This document shows positions 1-10,100 of a stretch of DNA of 64,000 nt, piece by piece (positions within the stretch are counted from its first letter, which is position 1; each line of letters starts with the position of its first letter). The stretch covers positions 11,718,001-11,782,000 of the forward strand of contig OZ059894.1 in the NCBI GenBank assembly GCA_964057225.1, given 5' to 3'. Below the pieces are notes generated by a model that worked only from the letters and a program-made list of their open reading frames with translations, did no database searches and had not been told where the DNA came from. Origin of the DNA: Auanema rhodensis (Eukaryota; Animalia; Nematoda). Both the position numbers and the translations under genes were made by a program.

Positions 1-152
1 TCGACCCGTGAGGTGGAGCTAGCAAGCCAGCATCTACCTCAAGTCTCAAAAATCGGTTAACCTTATTGTGAACCAATGGAACACATATCGAAGGTTAATT
101 CGATAAGAACGATTACTACACTTTGATCTTAGCCAAAAGGCCGAGAAGCGAT
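1..152 (-). ncRNA. U2: U2 snRNA (3' end cut by window edge)
   Basis: Reverse complement begins ATCGCTTCTCGGCCTTTTGGCTAAGATCAAAGTGTAGTA; Sm site ATTTTTG. Confidence 0.95.
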
Positions 153-594
153 ACAGCATAGCCATGAGTATCAAAGACATCAAGCAAATGTATCGTACTT
201 GTTACGAGTGCACTCTCTCATTTGAATATAAAAGTGTGGTTTGACAATCTTGACTGTACAGGTCATAAATGGCTCATATAAACTGTGGATTTACTCAACT
301 TTTGGACTTATTTTTTTCTTATTCGAAGCGCTGCACTTTTTTCTATTCTTTTTATTCAAATACTTGTATATAGTTTTATATGTACGGTTGCAAAGTTTCC
401 GAATATTTTATATATTTTTATACAATAATTAGGAGAAGGTTAATACAATGAAATCTCCCAACTTTACAGTGTTTGTATTGCTTACAGTATCTAGAACAAC
501 CACTCTTGTAATATTAGAGCACATATCAATCAACAACTTTTTCTAGTTATCAAAGCTTTTTTATTTCTTCAAGATATTTCAAATAAAATATAAA

Positions 595-713
595 AGCTTA
601 CGACACCCGGGATTCCCAAGCCGTCTCCGATCCAAGTACTAACCGGGCCCAACGTTGCTTGACTTGCCAGATCGGACGGGATGGCGTACTTTCAACGTGG
701 TATGGTCGTAAGC
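595..713 (-). rRNA. 5S: 5S rRNA
   Basis: Reverse complement GCTTACGACCATACCACGTTGAAAGTACGCCATCCCGTCCGATCTGGCAAGTCAAGC...AGTACTTGGATCGGAGAC...GTCGTAAGCT, 119 nt, followed by T-runs; nematode-like. Confidence 0.97.
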
Positions 714-954
714 AATGTTATATTCTTCATTATCAGTTATATCACTCTAAATCTTGTTGTTAATAGTTAGGACCACAAAGAAAACAACAGGAACAGTAAC
801 AAATGAAATGCCCAAACTTTACAGTGTTCGAGTTATTTACAGTATCTAAGACTACCTCTGTCGTGTTATTAGAGCAAACATTCGATTAACAACAACTTTT
901 TTTTAGTTATCAAAGCTTTTTTATTTCTTCAAAAAATTTCAAATAAAATATAAA

Positions 955-1073
955 AGCTTACGACACCCGGGATTCCCAAGCCGTCTCCGATCCAAGTACT
1001 AACCGGGCCCAACGTTGCTTGACTTGCCAGATCGGACGGGATGGCGTACTTTCAACGTGGTATGGTCGTAAGC
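955..1073 (-). rRNA. 5S: 5S rRNA
   Basis: Second copy in a 360-bp subrepeat. Confidence 0.97.
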
Positions 1074-1215
1074 AATGTCATATTCTTCATTATCAGTTAT
1101 ATCACTCTAAATCTTGTTGTTAATAGATACGACCACAAAGAAAACAACAGGAACAGTAACAATAACAAAAAAAATTTTTTTTTCACCTATGTGTCTAAAG
1201 GTTAGCCATGTATCC

Positions 1216-1218
<3 letters not shown>

Positions 1219-1261
<43 letters not shown>
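1219..1261. repeat. (TA)n microsatellite (representative; one per unit, (TA)11 to (TA)33)
   Basis: Directly visible. Shortest at 27778-27800, longest at 22790-22856. Confidence 0.98.
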
Positions 1262-1263
<2 letters not shown>

Positions 1264-2077
1264 ACAGTAAAAAGTCCAATCAAGAGAGAAATTTTTTCAA
1301 CACATAGTTGTTTTTTTTTTAAATATCATTGTTTTTCCTCATAACTCGGTTTAAACTCGTTCTAACCCGTTGAAATACGTCTAGAAAGTCTTTATAACAT
1401 GCATATGTATGATAGAACTTCATATTTATTGTAATAGAAAATTTTATTTTCAGACGTCTTGGTTAACAATGATATGTTTTACCCCCTTATAATTTTTATC
1501 ATAATGTTCCTTATACGGAACGCTCAATGAAACTTGCTTCCAGAAAAATTTCTTTCTATTTTTTCTTCATATGTACGTAGATACTATAGAGAACTATGAT
1601 AGAAAACTTTAACATTCACGAAATCATCATTTCTCATTACGCTACGGAGGTTTAAAAAGCTGTGTTTTACCTTATAATAGACCGGAAAACCCTTGTGTTA
1701 AAACTGGACCGTTTTTACACATATAAAAATGTCCCGTATTCGGGACCCTAATGTAACTTTTGATTCCCTATATTTTTTTTCATGAAATTTACAATCTACT
1801 GTAGAAAGAAGAATTATTTTTATAAAAACTGTAAATTTTTGAAAAATGAAAACAAAACGAAAACAAAAACAACTTTTTTTTGAACATTTTCTCACACAAG
1901 GGTCCCCCCTTACCTACTTTTTTTCTCATTACTCGTTTCAACCTCATCCGATCACTCTGCAAACATGTTTAATCGTTCTAACTTGTTGAAATACGTCTTA
2001 AAAGTCTAAACAACATGCATATGCATAATAGAAACCACCCGAATAGGCCCCCACGCACTAAACGAGATATATACATT

Positions 2078-2210
2078 ACCAGTATAGTAATAGAACACAT
2101 ATTGAAGATTAATTCGATAAGAACAATTTATTGACGTAGAGAATGTTTGTTCCGAAAAACTACAATATTAAACTATAAAAGTAACAAAAGCGTAGAGGCA
2201 GCAAAGACAT
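2078..2210 (-). pseudogene. Fossil junction present in every unit (representative copy): family-A-like 5' end + degenerate U2 nt ~39-79 + family-A-like 3' end
   Basis: accagtatagtaatagaacacatattgaagattaattcgataagaacaatttattgacgtagagaatgtttgttccgaaaaactacaatattaaa aligns by eye to the family A 5' junction (from 19148) and 3' junction (18341-18415). Confidence 0.8.
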
Positions 2211-2443
2211 GAATAAACATAAATGTAAATACAGAATTACCAGGTAGTACATAAGTATGACAAAAAATTATAAGAAAGCCATGAAAATAGAAGGTTTGTG
2301 AACAAATGAGAGGTACATCTTTGATCGTATAGTCATTTCTAAACCGTTCGTATGCTGCAGCATCGTCATAAGCGTCACTCAAGTTGAATTTCCATGTGTA
2401 CTACACGATTTTCATTCTTATTGTTACATTCTTTCCCTGAGGG

Positions 2444-2629
2444 AATGGGCCGTTCCCGCCAGCAGTGCAAGAGCGGGTCGACCCGTGAGGTGGAGCTAGC
2501 AAGCCAGCATCTACCTCAAGTCTCAAAAATCGGTTAACCTTATTGTGAACCAATGGAACACATATCGAAGGTTAATTCGATAAGAACGATTACTACACTT
2601 TGATCTTAGCCAAAAGGCCGAGAAGCGAT
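2444..2629 (-). ncRNA. U2: U2 snRNA
   Basis: Conserved 5' end, GTAGTA branch recognition sequence, stem IIa/IIc elements, Sm site at nt 100-106, stem-loop IV with TTGCAC. 3' end approximate. Confidence 0.97.
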
Positions 2630-3071
2630 ACAGCATAGCCATGAGTATCAAAGACATCAAGCAAATGTATCGTACTTGTTACGAGTGCACTCTCTCATTT
2701 GAATATAAAAGTGTGGTTTGACAATCTTGACTGTACAGGTCATAAATGGCTCATATAAACTGTGGATTTACTCAACTTTTGGACTTATTTTTTTCTTATT
2801 CGAAGCGCTGCACTTTTTTCTATTCTTTTTATTCAAATACTTGTATATAGTTTTATATGTACGGTTGCAAAGTTTCCGAATATTTTATATATTTTTATAC
2901 AATAATTAGGAGAAGGTTAATACAATGAAATCTCCCAACTTTACAGTGTTTGTATTGCTTACAGTATCTAGAACAACCACTCTTGTAATATTAGAGCACA
3001 TATCAATCAACAACTTTTTCTAGTTATCAAAGCTTTTTTATTTCTTCAAGATATTTCAAATAAAATATAAA

Positions 3072-3190
3072 AGCTTACGACACCCGGGATTCCCAAGCCG
3101 TCTCCGATCCAAGTACTAACCGGGCCCAACGTTGCTTGACTTGCCAGATCGGACGGGATGGCGTACTTTCAACGTGGTATGGTCGTAAGC
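3072..3190 (-). rRNA. 5S: 5S rRNA
   Basis: Array copy. Confidence 0.96.
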
Positions 3191-3431
3191 AATGTTATAT
3201 TCTTCATTATCAGTTATATCACTCTAAATCTTGTTGTTAATAGTTAGGACCACAAAGAAAACAACAGGAACAGTAACAAATGAAATGCCCAAACTTTACA
3301 GTGTTCGAGTTATTTACAGTATCTAAGACTACCTCTGTCGTGTTATTAGAGCAAACATTCGATTAACAACAACTTTTTTTTAGTTATCAAAGCTTTTTTA
3401 TTTCTTCAAAAAATTTCAAATAAAATATAAA

Positions 3432-3550
3432 AGCTTACGACACCCGGGATTCCCAAGCCGTCTCCGATCCAAGTACTAACCGGGCCCAACGTTGCTTGAC
3501 TTGCCAGATCGGACGGGATGGCGTACTTTCAACGTGGTATGGTCGTAAGC
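3432..3550 (-). rRNA. 5S: 5S rRNA
   Basis: Array copy. Confidence 0.96.
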
Positions 3551-3692
3551 AATGTCATATTCTTCATTATCAGTTATATCACTCTAAATCTTGTTGTTAA
3601 TAGATACGACCACAAAGAAAACAACAGGAACAGTAACAATAACAAAAAAAATTTTTTTTTCACCTATGTGTCTAAAGGTTAGCCATGTATCC

Positions 3693-3726
<34 letters not shown>

Positions 3727-4906
3727 ACAGTAAAAAGTCCAATCAAGAGAGAAATTTTTTCAACACATAGTTGTTTTTTTTTTAAATATCATTGTTTTTC
3801 CTCATAACTCGGTTTAAACTCGTTCTAACCCGTTGAAATACGTCTAGAAAGTCTTTATAACATGCATATGTATGATAGAACTTCATATTTATTGTAATAG
3901 AAAATTTTATTTTCAGACGTCTTGGTTAACAATGATATGTTTTACCCCCTTATAATTTTTATCATAATGTTCCTTATACGGAACGCTCAATGAAACTTGC
4001 TTCCAGAAAAATTTCTTTCTATTTTTTCTTCATATGTACGTAGATACTATAGAGAACTATGATAGAAAACTTTAACATTCACGAAATCATCATTTCTCAT
4101 TACGCTACGGAGGTTTAAAAAGCTGTGTTTTACCTTATAATAGACCGGAAAACCCTTGTGTTAAAACTGGACCGTTTTTACACATATAAAAATGTCCCGT
4201 ATTCGGGACCCTAATGTAACTTTTGATTCCCTATATTTTTTTTCATGAAATTTACAATCTACTGTAGAAAGAAGAATTATTTTTATAAAAACTGTAAATT
4301 TTTGAAAAATGAAAACAAAACGAAAACAAAAACAACTTTTTTTTGAACATTTTCTCACACAAGGGTCCCCCCTTACCTACTTTTTTTCTCATTACTCGTT
4401 TCAACCTCATCCGATCACTCTGCAAACATGTTTAATCGTTCTAACTTGTTGAAATACGTCTTAAAAGTCTAAACAACATGCATATGCATAATAGAAACCA
4501 CCCGAATAGGCCCCCACGCACTAAACGAGATATATACATTACCAGTATAGTAATAGAACACATATTGAAGATTAATTCGATAAGAACAATTTATTGACGT
4601 AGAGAATGTTTGTTCCGAAAAACTACAATATTAAACTATAAAAGTAACAAAAGCGTAGAGGCAGCAAAGACATGAATAAACATAAATGTAAATACAGAAT
4701 TACCAGGTAGTACATAAGTATGACAAAAAATTATAAGAAAGCCATGAAAATAGAAGGTTTGTGAACAAATGAGAGGTACATCTTTGATCGTATAGTCATT
4801 TCTAAACCGTTCGTATGCTGCAGCATCGTCATAAGCGTCACTCAAGTTGAATTTCCATGTGTACTACACGATTTTCATTCTTATTGTTACATTCTTTCCC
4901 TGAGGG

Positions 4907-5092
4907 AATGGGCCGTTCCCGCCAGCAGTGCAAGAGCGGGTCGACCCGTGAGGTGGAGCTAGCAAGCCAGCATCTACCTCAAGTCTCAAAAATCGGTTAA
5001 CCTTATTGTGAACCAATGGAACACATATCGAAGGTTAATTCGATAAGAACGATTACTACACTTTGATCTTAGCCAAAAGGCCGAGAAGCGAT
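4907..5092 (-). ncRNA. U2: U2 snRNA
   Basis: Array copy of 2444..2629. Confidence 0.96.
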
Positions 5093-5534
5093 ACAGCATA
5101 GCCATGAGTATCAAAGACATCAAGCAAATGTATCGTACTTGTTACGAGTGCACTCTCTCATTTGAATATAAAAGTGTGGTTTGACAATCTTGACTGTACA
5201 GGTCATAAATGGCTCATATAAACTGTGGATTTACTCAACTTTTGGACTTATTTTTTTCTTATTCGAAGCGCTGCACTTTTTTCTATTCTTTTTATTCAAA
5301 TACTTGTATATAGTTTTATATGTACGGTTGCAAAGTTTCCGAATATTTTATATATTTTTATACAATAATTAGGAGAAGGTTAATACAATGAAATCTCCCA
5401 ACTTTACAGTGTTTGTATTGCTTACAGTATCTAGAACAACCACTCTTGTAATATTAGAGCACATATCAATCAACAACTTTTTCTAGTTATCAAAGCTTTT
5501 TTATTTCTTCAAGATATTTCAAATAAAATATAAA

Positions 5535-5653
5535 AGCTTACGACACCCGGGATTCCCAAGCCGTCTCCGATCCAAGTACTAACCGGGCCCAACGTTGCTT
5601 GACTTGCCAGATCGGACGGGATGGCGTACTTTCAACGTGGTATGGTCGTAAGC
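5535..5653 (-). rRNA. 5S: 5S rRNA (only copy in this unit)
   Basis: Array copy with hybrid flanks. Confidence 0.96.
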
Positions 5654-5795
5654 AATGTCATATTCTTCATTATCAGTTATATCACTCTAAATCTTGTTGT
5701 TAATAGATACGACCACAAAGAAAACAACAGGAACAGTAACAATAACAAAAAAAATTTTTTTTTCACCTATGTGTCTAAAGGTTAGCCATGTATCC

Positions 5796-5837
<42 letters not shown>

Positions 5838-7017
5838 ACAGTAAAAAGTCCAATCAAGAGAGAAATTTTTTCAACACATAGTTGTTTTTTTTTTAAATAT
5901 CATTGTTTTTCCTCATAACTCGGTTTAAACTCGTTCTAACCCGTTGAAATACGTCTAGAAAGTCTTTATAACATGCATATGTATGATAGAACTTCATATT
6001 TATTGTAATAGAAAATTTTATTTTCAGACGTCTTGGTTAACAATGATATGTTTTACCCCCTTATAATTTTTATCATAATGTTCCTTATACGGAACGCTCA
6101 ATGAAACTTGCTTCCAGAAAAATTTCTTTCTATTTTTTCTTCATATGTACGTAGATACTATAGAGAACTATGATAGAAAACTTTAACATTCACGAAATCA
6201 TCATTTCTCATTACGCTACGGAGGTTTAAAAAGCTGTGTTTTACCTTATAATAGACCGGAAAACCCTTGTGTTAAAACTGGACCGTTTTTACACATATAA
6301 AAATGTCCCGTATTCGGGACCCTAATGTAACTTTTGATTCCCTATATTTTTTTTCATGAAATTTACAATCTACTGTAGAAAGAAGAATTATTTTTATAAA
6401 AACTGTAAATTTTTGAAAAATGAAAACAAAACGAAAACAAAAACAACTTTTTTTTGAACATTTTCTCACACAAGGGTCCCCCCTTACCTACTTTTTTTCT
6501 CATTACTCGTTTCAACCTCATCCGATCACTCTGCAAACATGTTTAATCGTTCTAACTTGTTGAAATACGTCTTAAAAGTCTAAACAACATGCATATGCAT
6601 AATAGAAACCACCCGAATAGGCCCCCACGCACTAAACGAGATATATACATTACCAGTATAGTAATAGAACACATATTGAAGATTAATTCGATAAGAACAA
6701 TTTATTGACGTAGAGAATGTTTGTTCCGAAAAACTACAATATTAAACTATAAAAGTAACAAAAGCGTAGAGGCAGCAAAGACATGAATAAACATAAATGT
6801 AAATACAGAATTACCAGGTAGTACATAAGTATGACAAAAAATTATAAGAAAGCCATGAAAATAGAAGGTTTGTGAACAAATGAGAGGTACATCTTTGATC
6901 GTATAGTCATTTCTAAACCGTTCGTATGCTGCAGCATCGTCATAAGCGTCACTCAAGTTGAATTTCCATGTGTACTACACGATTTTCATTCTTATTGTTA
7001 CATTCTTTCCCTGAGGG

Positions 7018-7166
7018 AATGGGCCGTTCCCGCCAGCAGTGCAAGAGCGGGTCGACCCGTGAGGTGGAGCTAGCAAGCCAGCATCTACCTCAAGTCTCAA
7101 AAATCGGTTAACCTTATTGTGAACCAATGGAACACATATCGAAGGTTAATTCGATAAGAACGATTA
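7018..7166 (-). pseudogene. U2: U2 snRNA 3' part (nt 38-end), interrupted by retrotransposon copy 1
   Basis: U2 match stops at the element 3' junction. Confidence 0.92.
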
Positions 7167-10100
7167 ATGGTTTATTGGATAACTAATGTTATGAAACAAT
7201 AAATAACCAATAAAAAAGAGCCCAGAATCGGGGAGACGGTATTACCAGTACAACTTAAAACAACAAGTGATTAAAAAGTACAAAATAAAACACATTACCA
7301 ACAGAGGCTAAAACGACTCAAGAGTCGGGGGAGTGGGTTAAAAAAAGTAATGAATAACAAAAAAAATGAATAATAAAGCAGAACAGTGAAAAGTAAATAT
7401 CAAGTGCCGCTATGATCAAACAATTTGAGTGCCTACGGCAATGGTGTTAAAAATAAACAACAAAATACATGTACCAATGAAGGTCAGAAAGAGAGAAAGA
7501 AAAAAGACAAAAATAAGTAATACAAAAAGTAAAAAATATATTACAATCAAATCACAAACAAGTCAATGGATAATTTCTTCTTCATACTGCCTTACACCAG
7601 AAACATGTTCCACGTAGATATTCCTGGCCCACTTGATGGTATCGGCGACGACGAGCTTCTCCATTAGCCGGTTGTAGTGGCTGCTGATCTTGAGTGATCG
7701 GAGGGCTTGTACGTTGAGCGGGTCCATAGTTCCAAGCATTCCTACAACATACGCTTCTACACTAGTCTTATAACCAAGACATTGGTATTGGCTGGCTATG
7801 TCAGCATATTTCCTCTCCTTTATCATACGCGCGGCTATCATGGCTTGTCGGCGGTTTTCATAGCTCACTGTAACATCAACGATACTACAGTGTTTTGCGT
7901 CATGATCGACCACTACTATGTCAGGTCGGAGTGTACTATTAATGCCAGGAAGAGGCTGGTTAGTGTAAACTTCTCCGTTTTTAGGCTCTGGCAGGGCTTT
8001 GATAAGACGGTCCACGATGTTGTTGTGGCGGAGTTGGATTGCTCTCGTGTGAAAGTGGCAGTGTCCAAGAACATGTGCAGCAGTTTCGTTGGGGTAACTA
8101 CACCTGCGGCACTGTTTGTTTCCTTCTCCGTGTCTTCTACAGCCATTGAGCTGGAGAGTATTAAGTCGAGCCTTGTGGATGAATCGCCAATCAGCAAACC
8201 GTATGAAATCTCCCTTCGCCATAAAGTGATTGGACGCTTTGTTGAGCATTGTGACATCAAAGACTTTCCCTTGATCCGGTTTTTGAAGAAGGATCCGAAG
8301 GTCTTTCAGCCATAATGCACGTCGCAGGCTTCTGTGGCATAGTGAAGGTGTTAACAGTTGGTTGTTTAGATTGAGTTCTAAACCACTTTCGAGGCATGTC
8401 CAGTTAGCGTTGATGAGTTTCTTGAGTTGACGCATCGCTACTCTTACTCTAGTCCAGATGGAGGAAACATCAGATGTTTCGGTGTCGAAAATGCCATCAA
8501 CGGAACCGTTGTAATATGCAGCTGTCTCATCGTTACTGGCTTGACGTTTAATCCTTTTTGATGCTACTTTTATTGAGTCTTGATGCGCAATATCAGCTAC
8601 TACAAGATCAGATGACTTCAAAAGTTGGTAGGCATGAGTGACTTCACAGACGTCTGACAGGTGTTGGAGTCGAGAGAGACCAAGTCCGCCGTAGTTAGTT
8701 GGCAGGTAGATTGGTTCAGCACTGGCGTTTGGAGGATAGTGCATCCATCTACGGGCACAGCGTTTGAGTTCTTTGTCAAAGGCGACTAGTTTACTCTTTG
8801 GGACGTGGCCATTCGTCATATGAAAATTAAGGCAGGGCATCAGGAAGGTGCGTACTGCGTCAGCTTTCTGCCATTCAGCCAGTAAGGATTTGTCAATTTT
8901 TTCCAAGTGTTGACTCATGATATTCACTGTTGGAACCGCAGACTTATGTAAATGCATTCCAGTAGGGATTCCCAGGTGGGAGTAGCTGTCAAATTTGCTG
9001 AGAGCGGGTAGAAAGCAGCTCTGAAGCATGTATGAGGCTGTTGATATTTTCCCTTTGTCGATCGTCAAAGTGGCGCATTTCGCTGGTTTGAAGGTCAAGC
9101 CTGTGAAATTAGCCGCATTTGATGCTGCGTCCAACATTTTCTGTAGATCTTCTGATGATGAGGAGACCAGGGCAAGGTCATCGGCGTACGCTAGCACAGC
9201 GATGTTGTGATTGTGTAGCTTATAGCCTGTAGAGGTTTCCAAGATGGTTTTAATTAGAGGTTCAATGGCAAGGTTGAACAGGATCGGAGATAGTGGGGAT
9301 CCTTGTAACACACCTGCGTGAACTGGAATGGTCGAAGTGAGTCCGGAGCCTGTCTGGATTCTTGTAGAGGCATCTGTGTATAGAGCTCGTACTCGGGATA
9401 TTGAGGCTTCAGCCATTCCTGACCATCTTAGAACGTCTAGCAGAGTTTCGTGTGGCAGCGATCCAAAAGCGTTTGCGAGATCAAGCCAAGCAATTGCAAT
9501 TTTCTCACGTTTACGTTTAGCGTCTGCAATGGTACTTTGCAACAAAAAGTTGTGTTCCATGCATCCAGCTTTGGCCACAAAGCCCTTTTGGGAGGGAGAA
9601 AGTCTTTTTTCTGCTCTTGCCCATGTTAGCAGTCGATGCGTAAGACAAGCTGAGTACGTCTTACCAATTGTGCACGAAAGTGCTATTGGTCGCCAGTTGT
9701 TAATGTCAGCTTTATCACCTTTCTTATGGATGAGGACGGTGGTCGACTCTTTCCAGGAAAAAGGGATGTGTCCTAGCTTGTGTACGGTGTTAAATATCGC
9801 TGCTAATATGTGACCTCCTTGGTCAAATTTCTTCCAGTGCGAGTATCGAAGTCCATCAGCTCCTGGAGCCGTATCGCTGCAACGTCGTATGCGTTCCCAG
9901 ACTTCCAAAGGGGTGAAAACACCTTCTAATGGGTCGGTACTAGTTGGCAAATCCGGTCTGGTGACTGTGATGGGGAGGGCTGGGCCTTGACTGCTGTGAA
10001 CAGAAAGGAAGTGTTTTTCAACATCTGCAGATGGTATGGTGCAGGTTTCACTTTGTTCTCCGAGCAGTTGTCGAAAGGCTTTCTTCTTGTTGGCCCTCCA

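Noticed and set aside
180-225. U2 proximal sequence element (contains palindrome GAGTGCACTC; SNP at 43225 in the B-bearing unit)
   Set aside because: The position is plausible, but no other snRNA promoter is available here to define a consensus, so it was not annotated.
1348-1376. ggtttaaactcgttctaacccgttgaa resembling a spliced-leader exon
   Set aside because: No GAG/GT donor, wrong length, no convincing Sm site, and it is part of a decayed spacer repeat.
1731-1752. Helitron 3' end (hairpin followed by CTAA)
   Set aside because: The hairpin-to-CTRR spacing is too short and no 5' TC end could be defined.
241-2382. Repeated 61-84 aa ORFs in each unit (MTILTVQ..., MLLIDTT..., MRKCSKK..., MSDAYDD...)
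   Set aside because: Non-ATG starts, low-complexity AT-rich translations, one frame that shifts with (TA)n length, and no domain motifs. Their identity between units reflects the tandem repeat.
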